Below, piece by piece: positions 11,099 to 23,720 of a stretch of 64,000 nucleotides of DNA. A program made the position numbers and the translations under genes. Positions within the stretch are counted from its first letter, which is position 1. Every line of letters begins with the position of its first letter. Below the pieces are notes generated by a model that was not told the DNA's origin, did no database searches, and saw nothing but the letters and a program-made list of their open reading frames with translations. The stretch comes from Cetorhinus maximus (Eukaryota), in assembly GCF_964194155.1 (NCBI RefSeq), contig NC_135893.1, forward strand, positions 14,756,001 through 14,820,000, read 5' to 3'.

Positions 11099-12750
11099 CG
11101 GGGAGAGAGACTGCAAGGTTCTTAAGCAAATTGATATAGGGCGTGACAAGGTATTGGAGGTGTTGGCAGGCTTAAAAGTGGACAAATCTCCAGATCCAGA
11201 TGATTTGTGTCCCAGACTGCTGAGGGAGACAAGGGAGGAGATCACAGGGGCTCTGACCCAAATTTTTAATTCCTCTCTGGCCACGGGGGAGGTGCCAGAG
11301 GACTGGAGAATAGCTAATGTGGTTCCGCTATTTAAGAAGGGTTGTAGAGATAAGCCAGGGAACTACAGGCCAGTGAGTCTCACGTCAGTGGTAGGGAAAC
11401 TATTGGAGAAAGTTCTGAAGGAGAGTATCTATCTCCACTTGGAGAGGCAAGGTTTGATCAGGGATAGTCAGCATGGCTTTGTCAGAGGGAGGTCATACCT
11501 AACAAATTTGATTGAATTTTTTGAGGAGGTGACCAGGTGTGTAGAAGAGGGTAGTGCAGTTGATGTAGTTTGTATGGATTTCAACAAAGCCTTTGACAAG
11601 GACCCACATGGGAGACTTATAAAGAAGGCAAATGCACATGGGATACAGGGTAATTTGATAAGGTGGATTCAAAATTGGCTTAGTTGTAGGAGGCAGAGGA
11701 TGCTTTAGTGACTGGAAGCCAGTGTCCAGTGGCGTACCACAGGGATCTGTGCTGGGTCCCCTATTATTTGTCATTTATATAAGCGACATAGATGACTGTG
11801 TGGGGGGTAGGATTAGTAAGTTTGCGGATGACGCAAAAATTGGCCAGGTGGTTAACAGTGAGGTTGAGTGTCTTGGGCTACAGGAAGACATAGACGGGAT
11901 GGTCAAATGGGCAGATAAGTGGCAGATGGAATTTAACCCTGAAAAGTGTGAGGTGATACACTTTGGAAGGAGTAATTTGACAGGGAAGTATTCAATGAAC
12001 GGCATGGCACAGGGAAGTTCTGAGGAACAGAGGGACCTTGGCATGTGTGTCCATAGATCTCTGAAGGCGGAGGGGCATGTTAGTCGGGTGCTGAAAAAGG
12101 CATATGGGACACTTGCCTTTATCAATCAAGGCATAGATTACAAAAGTAGGGAGGTCATGTTGTAGTTGTATAGAACCTTGGTGAGGCCACAGCTGGAGTA
12201 CTGTGTGCAGTTCTGGTCACCACATTATAGGAAGGATGTGATTTCACTGGAGGGGGTGCAGAGGAGATTCACCAGGATGTTGCCTGGGATGAAACATTTA
12301 AGTTATGAAGAGAGGTTGGATAGACTTGGGTTGTTTTCGTTGGAGCAGAGAAGACTGAGGGGCGACCTGATCGAAGTGTACAAAATTATGAGGGGCATGG
12401 ACAGGGTGGATAGGGAGCAGCTGTTCCCCTTAGTTGAAGGGTCAGTCACAAGGGGGCATAAGTTCAAGGTGAGGGGCAGGAGGTTTAGGGGGGATGTGAG
12501 GAAAAACTTTTTTACCCAGATGGTGGTGACGTTCTGGAATGCACTGCCTGGGAGGGTGGTGGAAGCGGGTTGCCTCACATCCATCCTTTAAAAAGTACTT
12601 GGATGAGAACTTGGCACATCATAACATTCAAGGCTATGGGCCAATTGCTGGTAAATGGGATTAGGTAGGTAGGTAAGTCAGGTGTTTCTCACATGTTGGT
12701 GCAGACTCGACGGGCCGAAGGGCTTCTTCTGCAATGTGATTCTCTGATTC
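11099..12750 (+). mobile_element. CR1 LINE 3' half (RT, C-terminus, 3' UTR)
   Basis: ORFs 11154-12591 contain GVPQGSVLGP, SKFADDAK and RPQLEYCVQFWSP. Ends in a CR1-type short repeat tail (gattctctgattc). Confidence 0.95.
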
Positions 12751-12844
12751 ATACCAACAATATGAGTCATTGTCTTCAGGAGGGAATGTGTAAAGAAGAA
12801 GATTGGTGTGAAAATCCTAAATAAATGTGTCAATGCTCCAGTTA

Positions 12845-14230
12845 AGACTGAACTGGTGTTTTATAAAGGTTCACCATAACTTCTTTACTTTTGTATTCTG
12901 TGCCCCTATTTATAAAGCCTGTATGCCTTATTAACCACTTTCTCAACCTAGTGCACATACACCCCCAGGTCCTCAGTTCCTGCACCCCCTTTAGATTTGA
13001 ATCCTTTATATTGTCTCCCCTCTTACTAAAATGTCTCACTTCACATTTCTCTGCACTTCATTTCATCTGCCATGTTTTTGCCCATTCCACCAGCCTGCCT
13101 ATGGCCTTTTGAAAGTCCATCACTATCCTCCTCGCAGTTCACAATGCTTCCAACTTTTAAAATTGTGCCCTCTGTACCCAAGTCTAGATCAATAATGCAG
13201 ATCAAGAAAAGCAGTGGTCCTCGTACTGACCCCTGTGGAACCCCATTGTATACTTTCCATCAGTCTGGAAAAAAACATTTACCATTTCTCTTTCTTTCCT
13301 GACACTGGCCAACTTCCAAGTTGCCATTGTCCCTTTTATTCCATGGGATAACTTTGCTGACAATTTTGGCACTTCATCCAACAGTTTTTGAAAATCCATG
13401 TTGTGGTCGTGTGTTACAGTTCACTTGGGCCATCCGAGTTGCTGTGGCAGCATGCATGATGTAGTCTGGAACGATGGTAGAGGCTCCAATGTTCTTTCCA
13501 CCACATGGCTGACCAGGAATGTCTCCTGCTCTTACCACCTGCCATTGGCATGTGAGTGCGACTTGAACCCAGAGCTTCTGCCTCAGAGGCGGGGGTGCTA
13601 CCTACTGCACCACAAGACATTCTGAAAGTCCATGTAAACCGCATCAACTGCATCATCAACCTCCACTATAAACTCATTGAAAACACAAATAAAATTGATT
13701 AAACATTATTTGCCTTTAACAAATCCATATTAGTTTTCCTTAATTCACACTTGCTCAAATGACTGTTAATTTTGTTTCGGGTTATAGTTTCCAAAAGCTT
13801 TCCCACCACAGACGTTAAACTGACTGGTCTGTCGTTGCTGGGCTTATCCTTACACTGTTGTTCAAAAAAGGATGTAACATTTAAATTCTCACGTCCTCAT
13901 GCACCATCCCTGTAGCTAAGGAGAATTGGAAAATTATGGCTAGTGCCTGTACAATTTCCACCTTTACTTCCCTCAGTACTCTTGTATGCATCTCACCGGA
14001 CCTGGTGACTTTTGCTACAGCCAGCCTTTAACACTCCCTCGATCAATTTTAGTCCATGCGATGTCTCAACCAGCTCCTCTTTCACTGAATTTGACAACAT
14101 CTTCTTCCTTGGTGAAGACAAAGACAAAATACTCAATTAATACCTCAACCAAGCCCTTTGCCTCCATGTATAAATCCCCTTGTAAGCCCTTAATTGGCCC
14201 CAACCCCTCCTCCTACTACTTTTTTACTAT
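12845..14230 (-). mobile_element. Old CR1 ORF2 remnant, interrupted by a SINE
   Basis: Antisense signature SSGPRTDPCGTP; minus strand INRGTEYKSKEVMVNLYKTPV. Confidence 0.8.
13401..13619 (-). mobile_element. tRNA-derived SINE (second family), copy 1
   Basis: Minus-strand head tgtcttgtggtgcagtaggtagcacc...ctctgggttcaagtcgc. Flanked by imperfect TSD ttttgaaaatccatg/ttctgaaagtccatg. Paralog at 19390-19655. Confidence 0.75.
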
Positions 14231-15357
14231 TTATTATTTAAGTAGCAAAATACCCCAAGCTACTTAAGCAGAGACGAAATTAATGCTAGAAGTTGGAAGG
14301 GATTGCCAAAAGTATGTTTAAAAAAAAATCTTCAAAAATAAGATTGATGTGGAGTGGGTTGCATTTGGGAGGACCAAAGTGGGCTGAAGGCTGTAGCACA
14401 TATGTTGGAGTAAGAGGAGGAATGAAGCAGCAGATTTAGAGAACTGAAAGGTGCAGAGAGGAGGGATGGGCATAGAAGTAAATAGCAGCTTCTGCAAAAA
14501 GCAGGGTGCAATCTTTTTAATTATATGAACAACATGGAAATAGATGTTGGGGGAGATAACAGAAGAATGACAAAAATGCTTGTGCATGAAACAAATACTG
14601 CAAATCCATTCTTGCTTTTCAGACAAAATATGTTTTGTAAATAACTGAGGGTTTTTGGGAAGTGAGAATAAAATTATTTGCAAGCCTAGCTTTGTAAAAT
14701 GGTAGGTAGGTATGAATATTATTTGAGATTTGTATCTTCCATCATTTAAATTAGTAAATTATCAGTCATGTGGTACTCAGTTTATTTACTGCATTATACT
14801 GATGGAGGTTTAGCTCATAGTTTTGTACCATTCTCTTGGGTAGTAGAAATCACAGATTGACTACTCGCAGGAATTCAGTGTGCATACTAGTTTCCTGTGA
14901 AAATTGAAATCGCCATCCCCATCGAGATTGCAACAACTAGATATGGTTAATATGTAAATTGGTACTAATATTTTGGTCATCTCTTTGAATGAATGAAGTT
15001 GTCCCCTCAAATCAGATCATCTTTTCTCTGGAAAGGTGAACCGCCGTGATATTGCTCATACATAAGTGAAAGGATGGAACATTCTCTTGAAAGATATCTG
15101 GCGGGGTTGTGCATCATGCTGGATAGCCCAACAAAGTTGAGACTCATCGCTAATTGTCACAATTTTGGCTAACTTCCGTTTGCAATTACCTTAATTTATC
15201 TTGCAGTCCTTATTTTGCTCAAGTGAAATCCATTTATGTTGTGCAGCAAAATGTAGACCACAATGTTTGATGCATTTGTCCACAACATAGGACTTAAGGG
15301 CAGGAGAAGGAATTCAGCCCTTCAAGCCTGCTCTGCCATTCAATCCAACCATCGCCT

Positions 15358-16003
15358 CATGATGCTCAGTGGCACCACCATCACGGAATCCCCCACTATC
15401 AATATCCTGGGGGTTCCCATTGACCTGAAACTGAACTGGATTAGCCATATAAATACTGTGGCTGCAAGAGCAGGTCAGAGGCCAGGAATTGTGCAATGGG
15501 TAACCCACCTCCTGGCTCCCCACTTGCCTGGATGAGTACAGCTCCCACAACACTTTATAGGCTTGACACCGTCCAGGACAAAGTAGCCCGCTTGATTGGC
15601 ACCACATCCACAAACATTCACTCCGTCCACCGCCGATGCACAGTAGCAGCAGTGTGTACCATCTACAAGATGCACTGCAGGGATTCACCAAAGCTGCTGA
15701 GACAGCACTTTCCAAACCCATGACCACTGCCATCTGGAAGGACAAGGGCAGCAGATAGATGGGAACACCACCACCTGGAAGTCGTCCTCCAAGTTACTCA
15801 CCATCCTGACTTGGAAATATATCACTGTTCCTTCACTGTCACTGGGTCAAAATCCTGGAACTCCCTTTCTAACAGCACTGTGGGTGTACCTACACCAGCA
15901 GTGCAAGGAGGCAGCTCACCACCACCTTCTCGAGAGCAACTAGGGCAATAAATGCTGGCTCAGCCAGCGAAGCCCACATCCCATGAATGAATTTTTAAAA
16001 AAA
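15358..16003 (+). mobile_element. 3' part of second LINE family (poly(A)-tailed, CR1-group), inserted into a minus-strand CR1 3' end
   Basis: SPLAWMSTAPTTLYRLDTVQDKVARLIG...HRRCTVAAVCTIYKMHC, ending ...cccacatcccatgaatgaatttttaaaaaaa. The host CR1 3' end spans 15285-15357 and 16004-16215. Confidence 0.8.
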
Positions 16004-16218
16004 GATCTGGTTGTGTCTCAACTCCATTTTGCTGTCTGTCCCCCGTAACCTCTGACTCCCTGGTCTGTCAAAAATCTGTCTAACTCTGCCTTGAATAAGT
16101 TAAATGACCCACCTCCACTGCTTTCTGGGGAAGAAAATTCCACATACTAACTACCCTTTGAGAGAAAAAAAACTCTTAATCTCCATCTTAACCAGTAGAC
16201 CCATATTTCTTAAACTGT

Positions 16219-17122
16219 TGTTGCAACCACAGCCGATGTTAGTTGAGTTCCCAGAGGGAAACTTGTCTTATTGATCATAACTTCTTTATTCGTATTTTGA
16301 AAATGAGGGGAAAACTACTGATCCCAGAAACATAGAATCCCAGTAATATTTTTAGGATTTTAAAATTAAAATGTGTATTAACAAGAAGGAAAGAAAACCT
16401 TAAACACAAGACTAAAATTACACAGTTAAACAGACTTTTAAACATTCCCACAAGAAACCCACTTGGTTAAAATACACAAGTAAACTACATGGCAACAGTT
16501 CCCTTATAGATTTTTAGCCATAAACATCCAGTAATATTACCCAAGGCAAAACTGCTGTCACTTTAGTAAAGGACACCACATGACTTCCCACTCCCTTTCA
16601 CTCTGCTGTTGAAAAAAAAACAAAGGAAACTCAGGAACACACCGCTGTCTGAAAACAAAGACTTCTCTGGCTTGAAACTGGATGGCTACTTCAAATTCAC
16701 AACTTTCCTCAGCACAGAGCTGGTCTCAGAACATCTCCCCTACACAGCCAACACAACTCAACTAAACATCTTTTCTTAAATATCTTTATCCCCATTGACC
16801 TTGAACTCCATTGTTCTAAGCACCTCTCTGAACTCAATTTTCCCAAAATATAAAAATCTTTCATGTCTTCCTATTGCCTCCACTTTTGGGTAAAATAAAA
16901 TTTAATAACCTTTTCTTTGTAAGTTGTTGAAGTCCCTGGTCACTTCTAAACTCCCTTTGAAACTTAACAGCTGAAAAGTCAAGTTCCTACTTATAATGCA
17001 CAGTTCAAGCCCAACCTATTTACTTGTGCATTCAACTTCACCGTAGCCTCTCATTAAAAATTCAGACCTGTTGACGTGGCTTTATAGTATTCAACTGCCC
17101 CAATTGTCCATTAATTGTCACA
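16219..17122 (-). mobile_element. Probable solo LTR
   Basis: Begins tgttgcaa and ends ttgtcaca (TG...CA with an imperfect inverted terminus), no ORF. No clear TSD. Confidence 0.4.
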
Positions 17123-17205
17123 CTCAAATATATGACTGATGTTGGAAATTAGCACGTGTAATATTGGTGCAGTACTGGGTATTCTTTTGATGCTGGGTCA
17201 GAGTA

Positions 17206-18229
17206 AAGTAAGTCCTCAATTAAAGTTGTGGTTGCGTTCCTGAAAATTGTGACTTTAAGTGAAACAACTTAGTGAATCATGGGTTCCACTAGGAATCAAT
17301 GTTAAAGCTGGAGCTAGGTTCCTTCAGACACTTCTTGCCCAGAAAAAAACAATGTACAAGTTGGAATACTATATCAGCACTGTGCATCCCTAGCTGGGAT
17401 AACTTGGAAATCAAATAAATCATAGGATATAACAAAAATACTATATAAACTCAAATTTACTATATAAACTCAACACTAAATCACCCAAACAAGCCCCAAG
17501 TTGCACAGCATTGGTGTATCACCCACAGCACTCCTGAAACCTAGCTCAACCTTTTTGCTTCCTTTCCTTTCTCACTCTGTCTTGTCTCTGTTTTTCTCCT
17601 TTTCCACTCTCTCTGTGTGTGTGTGTCTCTCTCTCTCTCTCTCTCTGCCCCCTTTCCCATTCTGTCTCTGTCTCTCTCTCTTTCACTCTGTCTCTCCCTC
17701 TCCACCTCCCCCCTTTCCCAATCTGTCTCTGTCTCTTGTCTCTCTCTCTTTTCCCCTTCTGTCACTGCCTCTCTTTCCTTTCTCACTCCCTCTCTCTGCT
17801 TCTCCATTCAGTCTCTGTCTCTCTGTCCTTTCCCTCTCTGTCTTTATCTCTCTCTCTCTTTCTCTCTCCAGAGCCTGGACCCCTTCCTGACAGTCTACAG
17901 GGGCCGCCGAAAGAGCTAGGGGCCCCAATCCCTCCCCCGCCCCGGGTTACTCACTTTATCACCTAATCGGCAGCTGGCCGTTTCCTGTCCCTGCCCTGCG
18001 CCCATGCTCCCAGATCTCAGGCCTTGCTTTCCTTCAGCAGCCTGGGTCTCAGGTGACTGCAGCGGCTCCGGCATCAGAACATGGCGGCGGCTGGCCTGGA
18101 GTGCAGAATGGGGTGGCGGGGCCAGAGTGCAGATGATATAAAACCACAAATTGAACGAGGCCATAAAGAATAAACAACATTAAAGCAAAACCACTTTAAG
18201 CAGGGTGCCTTAAAATGAAGGCCTTACTG
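17206..18229. mobile_element. Tigger/Tc1-mariner-like MITE with TA TSD
   Basis: Left end ta|aagtaagtcctcaattaaag; right end cttaaaatgaaggccttactg|ta, whose reverse complement is cagtaaggccttcattttaag. Internally it carries a CT microsatellite and a GC-rich block. Confidence 0.7.
17560..17870. repeat. Compound (CT)n/(GT)n polypyrimidine microsatellite
   Basis: Read directly; it generates the spurious Leu/Ser-rich and Glu/Arg-rich ORFs in the track. Confidence 0.95.
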
Positions 18230-18788
18230 TAGAAAGAAATCTATTCTGCAGCTAATCTGACTTTCCCTGACCCAGGAATGTCTTGATATTAAAACTGGGC
18301 GTTTGAACTGGAAAATAATGCTCCAAAACCTTACACCGACACACTTCATATCGACAATGATATTAAACCACAAAAGTCATGTTGTTCAGAAGCTAAAAGC
18401 GGCGCTTCAAGAAAATATTGTCATAAGTGAAATTGCGCAGCATAGATTCAGCAGGATGTAACCAGGAATGATTGGTTACACTTCCGAAGAGTGACTTAAG
18501 TTTATTTTGTTTTCACTGAAGCTGTTGAGGATGAAGGGTACTGGTAGGTTGGTCAACAAATCATTAACCAGAGGGCACAAATTGAAGGTAATCATAGAAT
18601 GAGTTGAAGGGAAGGTTGGGAGGAAAAAATCTTCACACACACGGTGGTTAGAATGTAGAATTTTTGTGTTGAAGTAGAGTTTACTAAAAGAGAATTAGAT
18701 GTTTGATTGAAAAAGAGGAATGTTAAAGGGTATGGGGAAAAACAGGAGCATAAGATTTGAGGTATCAAAGCTATTTTGCCGACATAAT

Positions 18789-19353
18789 GGGCTGAATTTT
18801 CCCTCAGGCTTCAGGACCTTGATGCCAGGACCAAACAGAAGTTCATAGCCTCCACATACTGGCAGCACGCATGCTGGCGCAATTTTCCTCAACGGTCTTC
18901 TACTTGGCTGTCTCTGCATTCATTGTCCTATTAAGAATGACAGGAGGGTTTTTAGATCCTGCAGGCCCAAAAGAGGGCCCACAGCTCTGGAGCCTCAGCA
19001 GCCTCACCACGGGAGGTGGGCACTGCTGAGGCAGGTTGAGGACTGTGAGGGGGTTCCTCAACATGGAAGTGCACTCGGAAGCGTTCATGCCTTGATTGAA
19101 CTGGCAACTACACAGCAGGGGCTGCTCTGATGTTGGTAAAATGCCAGCGCAAAATTGTCTCTAATAGGAACTTCAATTACCATAATTGGCTACCTGTGTC
19201 CATGGAGCAGGCGGCGACATGATTTCCCACCCGATCTTGGGAAAATTCCCCAGCGGCAGGAATGTATGGGGTGCCTTCGTGACGCAGCTCACGCCTATTT
19301 CCCCGGACCCCTGCCTCCAACCCCGTCTCCCCAAGGGTGAGAAAATCCAACCC
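18789..19353. mobile_element. MITE with GGG-initiating TIRs (PIF/Harbinger-like), inserted in a CR1 3' UTR
   Basis: Termini gggctgaattttc and gaaaatccaaccc; possible 3-bp TSD aat/aag. The host CR1 3' end runs 18540-18788 and 19354-19385. Confidence 0.65.
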
Positions 19354-19389
19354 AAGGATCAAGTAGCCTGTTACTATGCTGTGTGGTAG

Positions 19390-19655
19390 TATGTTACAGT
19401 TCCCTTTTTTTCACATGCATGTTGTAGTCTGGAACTATGGATAATGATGGTAGATGCTCCAACTTTCTTCCTAGGCTCACGAGAAATCTCTCCCATTCTT
19501 CACCATCTGCCATTTACATGTGTCAGAAGGATTTGCAGGTTGATGCGCAACTTGTTGTGAACGCATCTTGCTTGGCCATCTAGTCCTGGAGCTGGACTCA
19601 AACCAGGAGCTTCTTGCTCAGAAGCAGGGATGCTACTTATTTTGCCACAAGGCCT
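19390..19655 (-). mobile_element. tRNA-derived SINE (second family), copy 2
   Basis: Colinear with 13401-13619 (gttacagttc, tgtagtctggaac, gatggtaga, agcttct...ctcaga, ccacaag). Confidence 0.7.
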
Positions 19656-20683
19656 GCTTTTATTCTGTAACCTTCCTTCTCTGAATATTGCCCTAGGATA
19701 AGGAATGGAATGCAGAGCAGTGATTTAATTGGTTTGACCTTCTTTCTTTCACTCACAAACATTGCAATGTTAGTTATTGATGGATAACAGGTTAGGAACC
19801 CAATGCACTAACATTTGCACCAGTGCCAGTTGAATCCTTCTGATTCCTTCCATTTTTCTACAAAACAGTAATTGAATTTTAAAATAATCCATTAGGTTTA
19901 AAACACTTTGCTATGTCCTGAGGTCGTAAAAGTGCTTCAGAAATTCAAGACTTTCATTTTATTGGCTTTCTTATGATTAGTTGTGTTTTATTTTTAAAAC
20001 ACAAGTGTCGTGTTTTGAAAAATTCTGCTCATTGTGTATGAGTCAGAATGTGGGAATCAGCTTAATTTTCTGCTTTAGTCTCGTTGACAGCAGTGTTTGT
20101 CTTACAAATAGCTTTGTGATTTAATTGCTACAGTGACGAGATTTCACATCAGAGCCAGTACTATTTTGCATCCCTGTTTTCAACCCTGTATAAAGTACTC
20201 TGTGAGGGAAGGGGTGTGCTCAAACACCTCTACTTTGGTGTTTTTGTTATTCTCCAGCAGATTATATGGCAACAAAATTATTGTAAAATTCCAGTTTAAA
20301 AAAAAAACTGCTGTAGCCGAGGAAACCTCCAAATGCACATCATGCCTTGTCTCTGTTTCACCTGTGTTTTCAAAAGACAGCAGCCCTGGAATTACAATAA
20401 GATTAAAATAATAACATGTGAATGTGGCATATAAACAGGCAATGAAGGGGTGATTTTCTTTTTTTTCTCTTTTCTCTTTGTCCCACAGAAACCTGGCAGC
20501 ATCTTGTCACTGGATCTCCATGATTCTTTAGTTTGTTGCTCAGACTGTGTGAGGCGTGCTGTGACACAGAGAGAGAAGGAAAGAGAGATGGTCATACCAA
20601 TTGTACAGCATCTTGCTTACTAATCAGTTGCAAGAAGCGATACACTATGCTGGTTTTTTACATCTTCTTTCTCTCTATTCTAG

Positions 20684-20769
20684 AATCAATTTATAGGCGT
20701 GGGGCTAGAAGATGGCGGAAGCTTTACCGTGTGAATGGACATCTCTTTCAGGCCAAACGATTTAACAGG
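20684..20769 (+). CDS. PRKCZ: Protein kinase C zeta internal exon (pseudosubstrate and start of C1 domain)
   Basis: Acceptor cttctttctctctattctag| and donor AGG|gtgagt; 86 nt, entering in phase 1. Translates (K)[35 protein letters not shown] fits zeta better than iota (LYC..GHTF). Confidence 0.92.
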
Positions 20770-21289
20770 GTGAGTAAATTGCTTTTTTTCCTTTTTCATT
20801 ACCGGTATCTGTTTGTGTGCTAATGTTGCCTTTTCCAGACATTACAGGTATTTATAGTAATTAGTCATCCATTGGCGCAATGCATGTAAAAATATTCAGA
20901 ACATATTCCATTTGGGAGCATGAGTGGGAGAGAGAGATTAAGTGGTGCTTTGTGCATTATTTACCACAGGGACCATCAATGTAGTAGACGTTGTATTTCA
21001 CTCGGTTTCAACATGCTATTGTTTGTGTCGATTAAATTGCAACGCAAGCAACATTCACCATGGTTATCTATAACCTACAGTTTGCAACTATTTCCTCCTT
21101 GAAAGCTGAAACATATTTTTAAAAATTTTGTTTTGCTAATTGCCTTTACATGCTGGCACTAGGCATTTTGAGAGGATGTTATTTGGACTTTCTTAATAGT
21201 GTACTTATAAAATATTGGCTAATTTGTCCTCGCCAGCTATTTTGGTGCTTATCGAGTTAAAAGGGTAATGCACAATTTAAAACTTTTAG

Positions 21290-22125
21290 AATACAGCCAA
21301 CTTCATTTACATATCACTTTAATGCAGGAAAATGTGCCTCGATGCTTTTCGGGAATGCAATTGGACAAAAATTTAATCTGAGCCAAATATGATGATGATA
21401 ATAGGAAAGGTACCTAAAAGCTAGATTAAAAAAAGGTATCTTTTAACAAAATTCTGAAGATGAGAGAGTTGGAGGTTTCGGGAGCTAACTCCAGAATCCA
21501 TGGATTAGATGGCTGAAGGCATGGACATGAATGGTGGGGAAAAAGGAGGGGTGTATGCTTAAGAGGCTAGAGTTGGAGGAACACTGTTTCCTAAGAGATG
21601 GAGGAGTTTAGAAAGATGGAGGTATGATGGGATTTAAACATGAGGATGAGAATTTTAAAATGTATGTATTGCTGGGACAGGAACTGATGTAAGTCAGCGA
21701 CTGATGATGAGCAGGCATCAGAGTTTCAGATAAGCTCAAGTTTATGAAGGTTCGGGGATGGGATTTCAGCCAGTACACTATTGGAATAGTCAAGCCTGGA
21801 GGTGATTAAAAAATATGCATGATTTCAGCAGTAGATGGGGTGAGGCATGGGTGTAGATAGATGATGGTGTGGAGTTAGAAATAGGTGGTTTTATTTGATG
21901 GAGACAATACAGTCAAACTGCAGCTTGGTCGAATAGAACACTGAGGTTAAAAAACAGTCTTGCTTGGCCTGAGATGATGGCTGGAGAGGAAATGGAATTG
22001 GTGAGGGAACATAGCTTTGTTGTGGGGTAGGGGGTGTGATGCTGGGAGGATGTAGACTATCTATTCCTGATGCTTAGCTGGACAAAATTGTGGTTTATCC
22101 AGGACTTAATATCAGACAAATAATT
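21290..22125 (-). mobile_element. Old L2-like LINE remnant
   Basis: Tail ttcatttacatatcactttaatg and degenerate antisense L2 RT C-terminal motifs (ttggaatagtcaagcctggaggtg). Confidence 0.6.
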
Positions 22126-22159
22126 GTAGGTGACTTGGGGAGTTTATTTTCCTGGGGCA

Positions 22160-22458
22160 GCACAGCAACTCACCAAGGTTCCTTCAACAGCACCGTCCAA
22201 ACCTACAACCTCTATTACCTTGAAGGACAAGGGCAGCAGATGCATGGGAACACCATTTGCAAGTTCCCATCCAAGCCACACACCATCCTGACTTGGACCT
22301 AAATCGTTGTTCCTTCACTGTTGCTGGGTCAAAATTCTGGCACTCCCTTACAGCGCTGTGGGTGTACCTACACCCACTACCACAAGGTCAATTAGGGGTG
22401 GTCAATAAATGCTGGTCTAGCCAGTGACGCCTACACCCCAGGAAACAAATTTTAAAAA
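22160..22458 (+). mobile_element. 3' fragment of second LINE family
   Basis: Colinear with 15690-16003. Confidence 0.8.
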
Positions 22459-23720
22459 GGCTTAGAAGTGGGTATGAGGGATACGAGGAAGTGATCAGTC
22501 TTTGATTTGAGTTTAATTTACTCATTGAGCATGTGTAGTATACATAATTTCCATGGCTCAATAGAATGGACTGATGGAATAGTTTGCTTCAGCTTCTAAC
22601 ACGATCTGCTTATTTTAAAAATATTTTAATATTATTTGAAGAAATATGTGTGTGTGCGTGTGCATGCATGTGTGCTTATAACTTTTTTGTTTTCTGGTCT
22701 ATAAAATTTGGACACTACATAAAGTTTGTTACGACCAGGTGAGAAGTGAAGAACTGGCTGACCTCTATTCAACCTACTCGGTCACAAAAAGGTTCTAAGT
22801 TTCTTTTTTATGAGGATATGCATTTTCAAAACTACTTAAACTGTGAGTAATAAGGAGTTAATCAAACAAGGTTTTCTGGAGTCAAAGAGCAAATTTATTA
22901 ACCACTAAAACTGAGAAAAATAACCTGACGTCAAGCACTCGGCCCTCATGTAATCACTCACACTTATATACACACACACGCAAATGCGCGGATATCAGAA
23001 ATAAGGAAAGTAAGACTTCAGTAAAAAAGGTAAAAGAATATATGGTTAAGTGTCCTTTAATTGTCCTTGAGGCTTAGATTTTAAATGCTGTGGCTGATTT
23101 GGGTTAGTTGGTTTCTTGGATGCGGTCAGATGTAGATGATGTTGCAATTATTACAAGATCTCACTTTGCTGGTAGGTTTCTGGTAGAGTTGGCTTCTCCA
23201 GCAGGCGACACATATTCCAAAGGAGAGAGCGCAGCCTTCGGCCTGTCTTCTCAGCTGAAGACTTGCTTGACCCCACCTGTATCACATGCGATCTCTCTGT
23301 TGTGGCTGGGCAGCCTTGTCTTGAAATACTTCACCCTTGTCTGTTTCCAAGAGGCTTTGGGTATATCTGTCTGTGGCAACCATTGGTTCAATATCCAGTA
23401 TTTTGTATTTTTAATGTCTCTTCCTTAAAAGACAGTTACAAGTTTCAATGGGTACCTGGATTATAGGAAATGTCTCTCTCTTCACACTCCCATGAGGTTG
23501 ATTTGTTTATTTCTCACCTTCACCTTGGAATGTGGCAAACACAAAACAAAAAAAAAACACCTTCACTTCCATTCATTCTCTTAACCCTGGTCTGGATTAT
23601 CCCATTAGTTTTGACTGGGTCTCTAAGTCTGGACAGGGCATCTGCAATCACATTCGATTTCCCTGCAATGTGGGTGATTTTTAGGTGATATGATTGGAGA
23701 AACTAGCTCCAGTGGAATAA

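Noticed and set aside
9702-12584. Long minus-strand ORFs opposite the CR1 RT
   Set aside because: These are antisense shadows that recur opposite every CR1 copy in the window.
17501-17966. Several overlapping Leu/Ser-rich and Glu/Arg-rich ORFs
   Set aside because: They are translations of the CT microsatellite.
20533-20823. 96-aa ORF as a complete small protein
   Set aside because: Only 20684-20769 matches PKC-zeta and it is bounded by canonical splice sites; the rest is intron read-through.
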